64,000 bases of DNA from Thermoplasmatales archaeon (GCA_027310185.1 DAIDBH010000019.1:96001-160000); one strand, 5' to 3'; shown: positions 19,411 to 30,774, counted from the first letter of the stretch. The notes: generated by a model not told the origin, from the letters alone. Program-made: numbers and translations.

Positions 19411-20058
19411 TCAACCTGCAAGTTCTATTTTATTTATTTTTCTGTAAGCCTGGGAGCCGTCTTCCACATCTTCAAACTCCTCAATTTTTAGCATTTTATT
19501 CTTATAGCCAACAACAAGAGATTCATACTCTCCCCCCTCTCCGGCCATGTTAATTCCCAATCTGGTTTTGAGTCCCTTGAATTCTGATATCATCTTCTCA
19601 TCAATCTGTCTACCAAGAAGTTCCTTCTCTAGTCCCTCCGCTGACACACTCACAATTATGGGTTTTATTCCAGACAAAATGACAGTTCTTAACTCCTTTT
19701 CCTGATCCATGAGCCATAATGGAGAATAGGATAAAAGACCATTTTCCGTGCAGAATCTTTCTATTCGTGTCTTCTGGAAGTTGGAGGCTATGGCCCCACT
19801 AATTATGGCTTCAGCATTTAATTTCTTGGTCAAGTTCAACAAATCAGTGAAAAAATTGTTTTCCCATATAAACACCGTATCAAGCCCAATTAGATTTGCC
19901 ACATATCTGGCAATTTTATAGTTTGGTACATGAAACATTTCAGAATACTTTTCAGGTTCAACAGTTACACAGGTCACAACTTCAAGTCCCTGTTCCTGTG
20001 CTATAATTGTTGAAAGAAATGAATCCTTTCCACCTGACAGTAAGGAGATCGCTCTCAT
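19411..20058 (-). CDS. dph6: Diphthine--ammonia ligase (Dph6, PP-loop ATPase)
   Basis: [26 protein letters not shown]. Confidence 0.88.
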   Translation of the reverse strand: MRAISLLSGGKDSFLSTIIAQEQGLEVVTCVTVEPEKYSEMFHVPNYKIARYVANLIGLDTVFIWENNFFTDLLNLTKKLNAEAIISGAIASNFQKTRIERFCTENGLLSYSPLWLMDQEKELRTVILSGIKPIIVSVSAEGLEKELLGRQIDEKMISEFKGLKTRLGINMAGEGGEYESLVVGYKNKMLKIEEFEDVEDGSQAYRKINKIELAG

Positions 20059-20101
20059 ATTAAACTTAAATATCATTCTCATATATCATATTGGTGAGAA
20101 A

Positions 20102-20575
20102 ATGGTAGTAAAAGTTGGAGATATGGCACCAGATTTCGAATTGCCCGATACAAAAAATAAGGTAAGGAAGTTATCAGAATTCAGGGGAGGAAATGTTGTA
20201 CTGGCATTTTTCCCGGGGGCCTTTACAGGTGTATGTACAAAGGAAATGTGCTCATTCAGGGACTCCATGGCAGCTTTCAATGATATGAAGGCTAAGGTTC
20301 TTGGTATAAGCGTTGATACGCCCTTTTCGCTTGCAAAATTTGCAGAAGTAAACAATTTGAATTTCGATCTTCTGAGTGATCATGGAAAGCATGTAATTAC
20401 TGAATATGGAATCGTCCACAAGAACTTTATAGGACTTCCAAAGCTTGACGTTTCAAAGAGATCTGTGTTCATAGTAGACAAGACTGGAAAGGTAGCATAC
20501 GCATGGGTTTCAGAAGATCCTGGAAAGGAACCAGATTACCAGGCAATCAAGGACAAATTAAAAACAATGAACTAA
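20102..20575 (+). CDS. Peroxiredoxin (Bcp/PrxQ type)
   Basis: [21 protein letters not shown]. Confidence 0.9.
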   Translation: MVVKVGDMAPDFELPDTKNKVRKLSEFRGGNVVLAFFPGAFTGVCTKEMCSFRDSMAAFNDMKAKVLGISVDTPFSLAKFAEVNNLNFDLLSDHGKHVITEYGIVHKNFIGLPKLDVSKRSVFIVDKTGKVAYAWVSEDPGKEPDYQAIKDKLKTMN

Positions 20576-20938
20576 TTTTTATTTTCTTCATTAATGTAGA
20601 CAAATATTTTATAATTAGGTATCAGACTTAAGAAATATCAACAGGAAACATTCTAGCAAGAAGTAGTGGATGTAAGTTGACCATACCTTTCCTTTCAACC
20701 TCCTTATTTTATTCTTCAACTAAAGTTGAAGGTGCAATAGCAAAATCTTTAACTGGGTTATTCTAATGGTATCATTCAGGATAGGTCATTCTAATCAAGG
20801 AGAATTGAGTATTTGTGGAATCTGAATATTTATTTAATTTTGTAATTTACTTTGAATCATTGAGATGTATAATTTCATCTAAAGAAAAAGAAATTAAAAC
20901 TTTTTTCTATTATTAAAATGTAAGAAAATATAGAAATT

Positions 20939-23900
20939 TTAGGGTTTGTCTGATAATTTTGATGGCCACCAGTTGTACTTTTTAATAATGGTCATTATTG
21001 CTGGAATGAAGAATGGCCAGCTTATGAATGTGTCTATCAGAACTCCAAGTCCCACACCTATACCTATCTCCTGTACGAGAGGAATTGCGCTGAAATACAG
21101 TGCAGCAAATGTCACAAACAGTAGAGTACCAAGGAGCATTATGACACTTCCATTTTCTGTTACGCTCGTGACTACGGCATCCCTTAGTCCGGAACCCTTC
21201 ATAACTTCTTCTCTTACTCTCGTTATCATGAAAATATCATAATCAAGTCCAACAGCAAGCAATGTTATAAAGACGAACACAGGCATAAATATGACAACTG
21301 GGAATCCCTGGAGATAGTGGAAAATAATATAAGAGACAGAAAGAGAAGCAAGAACGACTGCCATGACCATTATTATGAGTCTGAGTGGCGTAAGAACTGA
21401 GGAAAGTTGGATTAGGAGGATTATGAATATTGTTATTGCAAGAATCGGAAGGATTTCTGCAAACGAGGCTTGAGTTGTGTGTAAGGCATCTGATAAACTC
21501 TGTGTCAAGCCACCAACAGCTACACCGTAGGTTGACTTTGCGTTCGGAACAGCCCTTATGTTTCCATAAAGATTTGTCACAGTCGTGATTGCCTTATCAC
21601 CCCATCCTATGTTATAAGTCTGGAATACTATCTCTACGTAATTTGGGTTCGTAGTGCTTATGAAGGTATTGGTCTGGTTAACATAGATGGCAGCTGCTGC
21701 AGATGGAACATTGGATGGTATGTAACCGGTGTAATATCCATATGGCCTACCCGGGCCAAGTACTTCAGAAACACCTTTTGTATTTATGGTTGCGTTTTCT
21801 ATCTGAAGAACGGTTGACATTTCCGCACTATTAACCACCCCGTTAGACACTAAGGGTTGTGGGAGCTGAACTATTTCAAAGTCCCTATCAAAGAAATCAC
21901 CATTGAAACTATCATTGACGACCTGGATAGCGGATGTTGCAGGACTCTGTGGTAATAATTTCAGTATATCAATTCCCGAAGGTGTAACTTCATAAACTGT
22001 CAAACCAACAATTGATACCACTACGAAAATCGCCACCATTGTTTTGATGTATTTCGTTGAGAACAGTCCTATGGCATGGAGATGCTTATGGCTTCCTTCA
22101 TGAAATTCTCCAGTAGCGGTTTTCCTGAATATTTTAGTTCCGTATCTGTGAAGTATGGAAAGAAGGAGAGTGTTGGCTACCAGGAGAGTAATTGATACCC
22201 CTATTGCATTTGCAAAGCCAGAGTCACTGAAAAATGGAATATTTGCAAGCCAGAGAACAACCTCAGATAGTATCACTGTAAGACCAGACGTGAAAACGGC
22301 GTGACCAGCCCATCTTGCGGACATAACCGTTGGCCTCTCTGTTTTCTTTCGGAGTTCTGATCTGTACCTGGCCATAATATAGACCGTATAGTCGCTACTG
22401 AGTCCGAGTATGAAGATCAATAGCAAAGTTGGAGTTATGAAAGATGCTTCTGTGTGCAAAACGTATGTATAAAGATATCCTACAATCCCGAGAGATACTA
22501 TGGTTGACACCATGAACATGAGGATAGGAATAAAAGCTGCCTTTACGGACCGGAAGAATAGTCCAACTATAACAATTGAAATAAGTATTCCAGCACCAAG
22601 TGCTTTAATAAGACCTGACGTAACCTCTCCAGATAACTGACTTGCAAGTTCATTTGATCCTGCAACAAGAAACTTACTTCCCTTATATAGAGACGTAGCA
22701 TTGTTTGCAATTGACTGAATTCTGTCTCCAACCTGTGCCGAATAATTCCCCCGGAATGTGTAGATGAATATGGATGTACTGTGATTATAGCCTACAAAAT
22801 TGTGGTAAAGGTATGGAGTGGGAACCAGTGGCATATCCTGCAGTGGGTAGTTAGACATAAACTCGTTCACAACTTTGGATACAGATGATGAATTCCTGGC
22901 TGAACTTAGATATGTTGGAAGGAATTGTGCGTTTGCCTCAAATAGTGGGTTGCCTGCAAAATCTTTCATTGTAGATCTAACTGACAGTAGAGTTGATAAC
23001 GAATCAAGCTGGAGATCAGTTGCTGGCTGGCTCAAATTATATGAAAGACTGGCAAACTGAACCATGGAAGTGTTATCGGTTGAAACAATCAGGGTCCTTA
23101 TGCTGGAAAAGGATGCCCCTGATTCCTCTTCAAGAAGCTGAATGGAAAGGTTTACGTTTTCCTGCAGACTATCTGTTAAATATGAGCTCAGGTTCTGGTG
23201 GAGAATTAAAAATTGACCAATGGGGTAAAGCCCATATTCTTTGAATGATGTATTGAAAGAGTTATCTTCCAAACTAAACTTTGAACCATTCTGTACTATG
23301 CCAACAAAATGAATTATGTTCTTTATACTTAGGGTTTGATTCACGTAATCGGAAAAGAGCCCTGTATATGTGCGCTGTAAATCATAGACTGGACTTCCCG
23401 ACGGTAGGTCATGGATTACCTCCTCATAGGCGGCTGACTCTGACTCACTTATATTTTTATAAATACTGTAATACTTCTCAAATGAGAGATAATAGATCTC
23501 TTCTGGACCCAGGAAAACAGGATTTGTATGGTTAACTCCAGATTCAACCAGATTCATTGTTTTGGTTATATTATAGTTTGCCGACATCAATTTAAGCATT
23601 CCATCAGTATAGTTCTGTAGTGTATCCTTTTCGGTAACAACAATATTTTCCGTTCCAGTATAATTCTTGATCGTTTTCAGGTATTTATTCATCTCACTTT
23701 GAAAACTTATAAGTGCATTCATTCCCTGAGAGGTTGTTGTTGTAATGTTCTGAGAAACTATTATTAACTCAGACGTGTTTGTTGCCTGACCGGCGGCTGA
23801 TGGATTGAAATACTTAGATACTTCGGAGGTAGCATTACCTGACATTGTTTTACTGGAGCCAAACCCACTAGTGATGTCAAAGCTCGTGTGTGAAAATACC

Positions 23901-24010
23901 AGTAGTGCACCGTAACCCATCAAAACGATCAACACTATCCAGATAACGATTATTTTTCCGCTGTTCTTTGATACTCCTTTGCCGATCCTCTCAAAGACGG
24001 ATTCAAACAT
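20939..24010 (-). CDS. MMPL/RND-superfamily membrane transporter
   Basis: Two TM blocks with GLSSDYTVYIMARY and GLDYDIFMITRVREE motifs, each with a large extracytoplasmic loop. Confidence 0.88.
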   Translation of the reverse strand: MFESVFERIGKGVSKNSGKIIVIWIVLIVLMGYGALLVFSHTSFDITSGFGSSKTMSGNATSEVSKYFNPSAAGQATNTSELIIVSQNITTTTSQGMNALISFQSEMNKYLKTIKNYTGTENIVVTEKDTLQNYTDGMLKLMSANYNITKTMNLVESGVNHTNPVFLGPEEIYYLSFEKYYSIYKNISESESAAYEEVIHDLPSGSPVYDLQRTYTGLFSDYVNQTLSIKNIIHFVGIVQNGSKFSLEDNSFNTSFKEYGLYPIGQFLILHQNLSSYLTDSLQENVNLSIQLLEEESGASFSSIRTLIVSTDNTSMVQFASLSYNLSQPATDLQLDSLSTLLSVRSTMKDFAGNPLFEANAQFLPTYLSSARNSSSVSKVVNEFMSNYPLQDMPLVPTPYLYHNFVGYNHSTSIFIYTFRGNYSAQVGDRIQSIANNATSLYKGSKFLVAGSNELASQLSGEVTSGLIKALGAGILISIVIVGLFFRSVKAAFIPILMFMVSTIVSLGIVGYLYTYVLHTEASFITPTLLLIFILGLSSDYTVYIMARYRSELRKKTERPTVMSARWAGHAVFTSGLTVILSEVVLWLANIPFFSDSGFANAIGVSITLLVANTLLLSILHRYGTKIFRKTATGEFHEGSHKHLHAIGLFSTKYIKTMVAIFVVVSIVGLTVYEVTPSGIDILKLLPQSPATSAIQVVNDSFNGDFFDRDFEIVQLPQPLVSNGVVNSAEMSTVLQIENATINTKGVSEVLGPGRPYGYYTGYIPSNVPSAAAAIYVNQTNTFISTTNPNYVEIVFQTYNIGWGDKAITTVTNLYGNIRAVPNAKSTYGVAVGGLTQSLSDALHTTQASFAEILPILAITIFIILLIQLSSVLTPLRLIIMVMAVVLASLSVSYIIFHYLQGFPVVIFMPVFVFITLLAVGLDYDIFMITRVREEVMKGSGLRDAVVTSVTENGSVIMLLGTLLFVTFAALYFSAIPLVQEIGIGVGLGVLIDTFISWPFFIPAIMTIIKKYNWWPSKLSDKP

Positions 24011-24208
24011 AGACCCTGATTTTATTAAGATATTAATGATTTACCAATTAAAGAAAATAATTAGGAATCAAGTACTATAATTTTACTGCCACATAAAATG
24101 CAATTGCATATTGAATATCAGTAAAGCTAAAATTTTTCCCCTAGCAATGAATTGAATCCTAAAATACATTAATAAGCATCCAATTACCAGATTGAACGCG
24201 AACAGAAA

Positions 24209-24293
24209 GCGGAGGTTGTCGAGCATGGTCAAAGGCGATGGATTCAGGGTCCATTCCTGCAGGGGTTCGCCGGTTCAAATCCGGCTCTCCGCA
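24209..24293 (+). tRNA. tRNA-Leu(CAG)
   Basis: GCGGAGG/TCTCCGC acceptor, ATGGA-TTCAGGG-TCCAT anticodon arm, long variable arm, GGTTCAAATCC. Confidence 0.93.
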
Positions 24294-24350
24294 TCGTATT
24301 ATTTTTAATCGCGAGATGAAAATTGTGTAAATATCAGGTTCATTTTGACA

Positions 24351-27300
24351 TTACCAATCTCGGAAGGAATCCTTTAATTGCCTTCTCCGTCTTCTTCCTC
24401 TGACGTAAGAAATCATTGCATAAATGTAGAATAAAATTCCCATGTAGATCAGTATATTTAAGAAAAGGTATACAGGGGATTCATATGAAATGGTTCTCAC
24501 GTTTGAGTTTACAGTCGCACCCCCATCCAGTACCGCTATAACCTTGAAATAATACATTGAATCAGGATAAATCCCGTTGACAAATGCAATATCATTTGAA
24601 TGTGCCCCTATCCTCACCCTGTTCCAATTTGCCTGATTTGATGTTCTGTATTCTACAAGGTAGTAAGAAACGGTCGAGGATGAAAAAGAGATAGACCATG
24701 ATATAAATGAAGTGAAGAAAAATAATGGGATTAACCTGTCAATAGAGATTGACAGGACGGATTCAAGCAGGGAACTTATATTTGGTTGAAGTAGTATTAG
24801 CTGGCCAGTCTGATTCTGTTCCATAGTATAATTTGTTTTTGTAGTGTAAAAATATGTTGCCCCTGATGTTACGTGATCCTTTCCAGACGGTAGCCAGATA
24901 GAAAAATAACCAAAATTATCGGAAAAAGCACTGATATTGCCGTAAGATATTTTTGCTGATGAGATCGGTATTACGATGCTGTATTCTGCATCATAATAAC
25001 CGTTTGCAACTGATCCATTGAGGTAGTAACCCTTTCCAATTCCAGCAAGTGAATAGGGGAGATAGGTTACATTTACACCAGGTTTTAATATCAGGGAACC
25101 TGACGTGCCCTTGAAATTTTTGTTATCCGAACTCAGAGTAAAATTAACAAACTGTGGAATGACAGAATAAACTATTATACCATCGTGATCTGATATTTCT
25201 GTACCGTTTGAAAGCTTCAATTCTGATCCAACCGGTGAAATATCAAAGGAGAGATTGACAGGAATTTCGCTTTCTTTTATCATAAGATCTGTATTTACAA
25301 AATGAAATATATCCGTTCTGAAGCCCATCGAACTGGTAGTTAAATTTGTACAGGAACCCAGGGAGGAAAATCCAGTATTATCGTTTAACATAAGAACAGA
25401 TGTATAGTCAACTATTGATGTAAAATTGCTGCTGTAGTTGGAATCGGCAGGGTAAGAGAAATATAAATATATGGAATTTACAGTTGGTACATCTATATAA
25501 AATTCGAATACTGTTTTTAGTTGATGATATAACCTTATCCTCAAGGTTTCTCCTGAATTCACCTGAATGCTTCTTGAATTTTCAATTTTACCATTAATAG
25601 TTACAGTATCACCTCCGGCATTTGATATATATAGATACATGGGGCTAGACTGGTTTAACTGTATTGGAGGGTAAAAGCCTGAACTTTTCTGGAACGAACC
25701 TGAAGGATGTGTTATGTTGTAACTGAATCCCATTGAATTGCTACTATTTTTAATCTGTATTGTAGAACATGCTGATTCATTGAATGGATAAATTGGGGTG
25801 CCTGAAACAGGGGCACTTTCTGATGAAAAACCATTGTTGAATACGGTACCTGATACTGAAGCACTTCCTCCGGTGAAAGGCATCCCATCTCCACTGCTGA
25901 CCACAAAGATAAAACTGGCATTGGTTCCATAAATAAACTGGGGAAAAATCTGTAACTCCTTTGTGGTATTACCGACTGTGATTACCAGTTTATCCACATT
26001 GAATTCAATTACAACTTTCTTGGTCAATATTTTTCCTGTACTTATTCCTCTCCGATAAACATAATTTCCGGCTTTGAAGATCTCGTAAAATGAAATACCA
26101 TCCTGGCAAATTCCAGCCTTGATATTGGAAATCTGGGAACCTAAGGTCAGTCCTGCGAAGGAATTATAAGAATTATCTGTAGTGGTAAAGGGCGTCAATG
26201 AAACGTTTGCCTCAAAATGAAAAGAGGATGTGTTGAGCTGACTGTAGGTAACACTGTATCCATAAGATGAATAGATCCGTGATATGTCTTTTGCAAGTAA
26301 TCCAGCATTAATTGATCCTAGGCCTGTTACCGGGTTCCAACCATATGTTGCAGTATAATACCCATTGCTCCCACCAATGACTGGAACTATTGCCTTTCCA
26401 TACTGGTTCGTTCGTGAAAGGTTATAAAGAACAGGATTTATGAATCCCAATTTTCCATGCAATGATTGGTCGATTAAAATGAAGGAACCTGCTGTTATAG
26501 GTGTTGCAAGACTTGTCCCACCAAGTGTTATTGCATTTCCCCTCGAAAAAACTGTAACGCCCCCATCATCTGGATTTGCCACAGCAGAAATATCTGGCAC
26601 CCCTAGAGATTGTCCATGAAATCCAGTAGCATTCTGATATGATGGTGCTGAAAATGCTGTACTGTATCCCCCACCACTTCCGCTCCATGATGTCTGTGTG
26701 TATTTCCCATTTGCATAGTTCAGCGTTGTACCACCAACTGAGGTAACGTATGGATCACCTGCTGGAAAATTAACAGTTAAGGCTTTGGTTGCATCATAAG
26801 CCCCCTGATCACCAGACGCTGCAAATATATGGATATCCTTTTTATTGGCGTCAAGGAAAGCCTGATTATAATCATATATCAGTCCATTTGAAAGAGAGGA
26901 CTCTGCTATACCCCAACTCATGCTGAGTCCGTTGACGTTACTGAGATTATTAATGGTATCATTCACACCACCCTGGAGATAACCAACTTCTGCATTTGGT
27001 ACTATTACAAGATCTATATGAGCCCTTGGAGCTATTGCATGGAACCATTCAACATCAGTTGCAGTTTCAAGTGACCAGCTGGAATTCAGGTTCTTCGGGG
27101 CACCATAGGGATAATAGAAGGATATGTTGGCAGAAGGCAGATTATATAGTGAATCGAAGGACTGAAGGTCATAGTTTATGGATGGGTCTCCAAAAGCATC
27201 TATTATTGCAATTGTGAAACCCTGGCCACAGGTATTGTTTTTGTAAAAACCTGTTAGGTTATATGCATGTCTTATCTGGGAAACATTATATGGGAATCCC

Positions 27301-27518
27301 TGACCCAGTAATTCTGGTTTCTGTTTCATGACAGCGAGTTGTGGTGAAGCGTCGACATTCCACGCAAGACCACTATGACTTATGTTAGTTGTATTTGTAA
27401 GGTCAGCGTAATCATTCCCGATTTTATTTTCATGGGAAGAGCTTATTGAAGAAAGATATGTAAATCCTGAAGCAATCATCAGGAATATTATGGCTATGAC
27501 AATTAATTTCTTGAACAT
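24351..27518 (-). CDS. Membrane-anchored S53 (sedolisin) family serine-carboxyl protease with C-terminal beta/FN3-like domains
   Basis: ETATDVE (E/D dyad), ASGDQG, GGTSLATP, GWNPVTGLG; N-terminal signal and C-terminal TM followed by RRRRR. Confidence 0.88.
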   Translation of the reverse strand: MFKKLIVIAIIFLMIASGFTYLSSISSSHENKIGNDYADLTNTTNISHSGLAWNVDASPQLAVMKQKPELLGQGFPYNVSQIRHAYNLTGFYKNNTCGQGFTIAIIDAFGDPSINYDLQSFDSLYNLPSANISFYYPYGAPKNLNSSWSLETATDVEWFHAIAPRAHIDLVIVPNAEVGYLQGGVNDTINNLSNVNGLSMSWGIAESSLSNGLIYDYNQAFLDANKKDIHIFAASGDQGAYDATKALTVNFPAGDPYVTSVGGTTLNYANGKYTQTSWSGSGGGYSTAFSAPSYQNATGFHGQSLGVPDISAVANPDDGGVTVFSRGNAITLGGTSLATPITAGSFILIDQSLHGKLGFINPVLYNLSRTNQYGKAIVPVIGGSNGYYTATYGWNPVTGLGSINAGLLAKDISRIYSSYGYSVTYSQLNTSSFHFEANVSLTPFTTTDNSYNSFAGLTLGSQISNIKAGICQDGISFYEIFKAGNYVYRRGISTGKILTKKVVIEFNVDKLVITVGNTTKELQIFPQFIYGTNASFIFVVSSGDGMPFTGGSASVSGTVFNNGFSSESAPVSGTPIYPFNESACSTIQIKNSSNSMGFSYNITHPSGSFQKSSGFYPPIQLNQSSPMYLYISNAGGDTVTINGKIENSRSIQVNSGETLRIRLYHQLKTVFEFYIDVPTVNSIYLYFSYPADSNYSSNFTSIVDYTSVLMLNDNTGFSSLGSCTNLTTSSMGFRTDIFHFVNTDLMIKESEIPVNLSFDISPVGSELKLSNGTEISDHDGIIVYSVIPQFVNFTLSSDNKNFKGTSGSLILKPGVNVTYLPYSLAGIGKGYYLNGSVANGYYDAEYSIVIPISSAKISYGNISAFSDNFGYFSIWLPSGKDHVTSGATYFYTTKTNYTMEQNQTGQLILLQPNISSLLESVLSISIDRLIPLFFFTSFISWSISFSSSTVSYYLVEYRTSNQANWNRVRIGAHSNDIAFVNGIYPDSMYYFKVIAVLDGGATVNSNVRTISYESPVYLFLNILIYMGILFYIYAMISYVRGRRRRRQLKDSFRDW

Positions 27519-27568
27519 GATTTTTCCGTATTGGAAATTTTATTAATATATGTATCACTTTCTGTATA

Positions 27569-28699
27569 TTGGACGAAAAAAAATTCTTGGTTGAGAAATT
27601 CAGGAAATATTATTATGCGAATAAACAGGTATATACTGAACGGTTAAATAGTAGAGAAATTGGATTTATCCCATTCGAAGGAACAATGATCAGACATAGA
27701 AAGGTCGAGAATGAACAGGATTTACAGTATTTTCTTATGGATAATGTCCCCCGGCATCTATATCACTCCGTTGCATACTATAAGTATCCTGACAAAAGAT
27801 CAATGCAAGAAAAGGACTGGAATGGGGCAGAGTATGTATTTGATCTTGATGCCGATCATATTCCAGGTGCAGATAAAATGACATATGAACAGATACTCAC
27901 GGAAGTTAAATCCCATACAATGAGGCTACTGAATAAATTCCTTCTTGGGTATCTAGAGCTGGATCCCGATAACCTGAATCTTTATTTTTCAGGAGCAAGG
28001 GGATATCATATCCATATTAAAAGTGATAAAATTTACGAGATGAATTCAGATCAGAGGAGAGAAATTTCAAACCTGGTTAGAGGTGAGGGGATATCCACCA
28101 AATCATTTCTGTCAATCGCCTCAAAATCACCCATCACAGGAAAAGGATGGATCTCGGATATTAACAGAGAGTTGATAGACACCATAAGGAAAATTGACAA
28201 TCATGAAAAGACGGAATACCTGGATAATGCAGGGGAGGATAAAATAAGAGAATTACTTGATAGGCCAATATCCACAAAAGATAGGAGGAAATACAGGCAG
28301 ATCCTAGTGGAACAGGGAGTTGAAAAATACAGTAGTACCAACATAAAGATGATTGAAAACCTGCTGGATAAGATTGTAAATAATTACACCCGCAGAAATT
28401 CAGTAGAAATAGATGAGCCGGTTTCGACCGATGTTCACAGGCTTATCAGGTTTCCATATAGCCTGCATGGAAAGACTGGCCTCATGGTGAGGAAAATTGA
28501 ACTGGACGAACTTAAAACTTTCGAACCACTGATCGAAGCAGTTCCCAAGAAATTTGGCGATGAACCCATCAGGGTAAAGATGAAAAATACATTTGAAATC
28601 AATTTTAATGGTAACCACTATAAATTGGAGGGTGAAGAGACAGTTTCTTCTGATTTTGCAATATTTCTATCCCTTTCAGGTAGAGCTAATATATATTGA
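27569..28699 (+). CDS. priS: DNA primase small (catalytic) subunit
   Basis: REIGF, FDLDAD, FSGARGYH, DEPVSTDVHRLIRFPYSLHGKTG. Confidence 0.95.
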   Translation: MDEKKFLVEKFRKYYYANKQVYTERLNSREIGFIPFEGTMIRHRKVENEQDLQYFLMDNVPRHLYHSVAYYKYPDKRSMQEKDWNGAEYVFDLDADHIPGADKMTYEQILTEVKSHTMRLLNKFLLGYLELDPDNLNLYFSGARGYHIHIKSDKIYEMNSDQRREISNLVRGEGISTKSFLSIASKSPITGKGWISDINRELIDTIRKIDNHEKTEYLDNAGEDKIRELLDRPISTKDRRKYRQILVEQGVEKYSSTNIKMIENLLDKIVNNYTRRNSVEIDEPVSTDVHRLIRFPYSLHGKTGLMVRKIELDELKTFEPLIEAVPKKFGDEPIRVKMKNTFEINFNGNHYKLEGEETVSSDFAIFLSLSGRANIY

Positions 28700-28766
28700 T
28701 TATTATTTGATAATAAATTAAAGAAAAATAAATATACATAAAGTCAATGTAGAAAATGGTGAAAAA

Positions 28767-29192
28767 ATGGAACTAAAAAACACAAAGACTCTGGAGAATT
28801 TAAAGGCCGGTTTTGCTGGAGAGAGCCAGGCAAACAGGAGATACCTGTATTTTGCCCTTAAGGCAGATGAGGAAGGACAGCAGGAAATAGCACAGGTTTT
28901 CAGGTCAACAGCAGATGGCGAGACTGCACATGCTTTTGGTCATCTCAAATATCTGGCACTTGTAGGAGACCCAGTTACGAATGAACCAATAGGAACAACC
29001 GAACAGAACTTGAAATCAGCCATAGCTGGGGAAACATATGAATACAGCCAAATGTACCCAGGATTCGCAAAGGATGCAAGAGATGAACACTTTGACGAAA
29101 TCGCTCACTGGTTTGAGATACTTTCTAAGGCAGAGAAGTCACACGCCACAAAGTATGAAAAGACACTTGCTGAAATGAAGAAGAACCAGTGA
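28767..29192 (+). CDS. Rubrerythrin/sulerythrin-like di-iron protein (no rubredoxin domain)
   Basis: AFAGESQANRRY, ETAH, GETYE, EKSH. Confidence 0.9.
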   Translation: MELKNTKTLENLKAGFAGESQANRRYLYFALKADEEGQQEIAQVFRSTADGETAHAFGHLKYLALVGDPVTNEPIGTTEQNLKSAIAGETYEYSQMYPGFAKDARDEHFDEIAHWFEILSKAEKSHATKYEKTLAEMKKNQ

Positions 29193-29764
29193 TCAGCATG
29201 CAAAAAATTACTGAAGGGGAAGTTATCCCCCCTGAGGAATTTTCAAATATTTTAGAAGAAGAAAGAAGAAAAATCATTGCAATAAAAAAACACAGAAGAA
29301 TCTCAAGCAGGACTTTCAGCTATTTATTTGAGAACAGGGATACAATACTTAACCAGATCAATGAAATGATCATGATTGAGAATGTCCACGACAAGAAGGA
29401 AATAGATCACATATTAACAACTTATAACGAACTTATCCCGGGAAATCTGGAATTCAGTGTCTCAATGTTCATAGAGATCAGCGATGAGAGAAAATTGTTG
29501 CAGGAGATGCCAAGATTGACGGGAATAGAAAACAACGTTTACCTTGTGTTTGGCGATATGGAGATTAGAGGGACTCCGGAAGAAGGGCGGTCTACTGAAA
29601 CACTGGAATCAACCTTACAGTATTTGAGATTCAAATTTGACGGGAAGAAAGCTGATGATTTTAAGAAGGCAAGAACTGCATTCATTGTAACAAGGCATTC
29701 TATCTATAAGGAAAGTGCTGAAATTAATGAGAAGTTGCTTTCAGACCTGAAGAAAGAACTTTAA
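29189..29764 (+). CDS. DUF3501-like protein
   Basis: LFENRDTILNQINEM..IE, YNELIP; overlaps rubrerythrin as in known rubrerythrin clusters. Confidence 0.8.
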   Translation: MISMQKITEGEVIPPEEFSNILEEERRKIIAIKKHRRISSRTFSYLFENRDTILNQINEMIMIENVHDKKEIDHILTTYNELIPGNLEFSVSMFIEISDERKLLQEMPRLTGIENNVYLVFGDMEIRGTPEEGRSTETLESTLQYLRFKFDGKKADDFKKARTAFIVTRHSIYKESAEINEKLLSDLKKEL

Positions 29765-29863
29765 TTTTCTCTATTTCCAAATTTTTAAAGAATAAGAAGA
29801 GCTCAATGGAATGAAGGGAATGACCCGATAAGTTTTAAATAGGCATTAAAATTATCAATTCTT

Positions 29864-30763
29864 ATGATAGATGTGAATGGGGTCTTTTATTCATATAAGA
29901 AAAATGTAATCACATTAAGAAACATAACTAAAACTTTCGATCAGGGCAAGATATATGGCATCGTTGGTCCAAATGGTGCGGGAAAAACCACTCTATTGAA
30001 TCTAATGTCTGGAGTTCACACTCCGGGAGCCGGCAGGATACTAGTGGACAGTTATGATATAGTAAATGATAGGGAAGATTCCATAAAAAAAATAGGTCTT
30101 ATGCCGGACGGGTCATTTCTCGATCCTGACGAAAAGATAATTAACCAGATGGTACACTTTGCCTCCTATTATGATTTAACACTGAAAGAGGCCAGGGAAA
30201 GAGGGTTGAAGCTGATGGCAAAATTTGGTCTTCCTGAAGAATTTTCAAGAAAGTCCATGAGAAATCTGTCTCTTGGTCAGAGGAGACGGGTGGGACTGAC
30301 CATGGCTCTTCTTCATGATCCTGACAATATATTGATGGATGAACCTTACAATGGTTTCGATCCCTTTGGCATAAAGATGGTAACCGATATTATGCTGGAA
30401 GCAAGGAATAATGGTAAAACGGTTATAGTATCGTCTCACATACTCAAGGAGGTTCAGGCCATTGCAGATGAATTTGTATACCTGGAAAATGGGCAACTGC
30501 TTAAATCCATAGACATAGAAACCATGTCGAAAAATATTGGAAAAATATGGGTAAAGGTGTTAAATCCTGATGATAACCTGCTAAGACTCCTTCAGACATT
30601 TGGAACTGTCAGGAGAATAAACCAGGCCTATGAGATAACTACACCCTCGGACAATAAAGTCGAGACATCAGATATCAATAGTGCTCTCGTAAAGGAGAAC
30701 TACAGGGTAGATTCGATCTATTATGAAAAGAGGACAGTAGAGGACGAATTCTTCTCAAAATAA
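29864..30763 (+). CDS. ABC transporter ATP-binding protein (ABC-2 type), no adjacent permease
   Basis: GPNGAGKTT, LSLGQ, MDEP, SSH. Confidence 0.9.
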   Translation: MIDVNGVFYSYKKNVITLRNITKTFDQGKIYGIVGPNGAGKTTLLNLMSGVHTPGAGRILVDSYDIVNDREDSIKKIGLMPDGSFLDPDEKIINQMVHFASYYDLTLKEARERGLKLMAKFGLPEEFSRKSMRNLSLGQRRRVGLTMALLHDPDNILMDEPYNGFDPFGIKMVTDIMLEARNNGKTVIVSSHILKEVQAIADEFVYLENGQLLKSIDIETMSKNIGKIWVKVLNPDDNLLRLLQTFGTVRRINQAYEITTPSDNKVETSDINSALVKENYRVDSIYYEKRTVEDEFFSK

Positions 30764-30774
30764 CAAAATTATAG

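Noticed and set aside
4290-24293. Similarity between the two tRNA-Leu genes as possible att sites of a 20-kb element
   Set aside because: Both are complete isoacceptors with different anticodons, and the interval holds core genes (purB, dph6)
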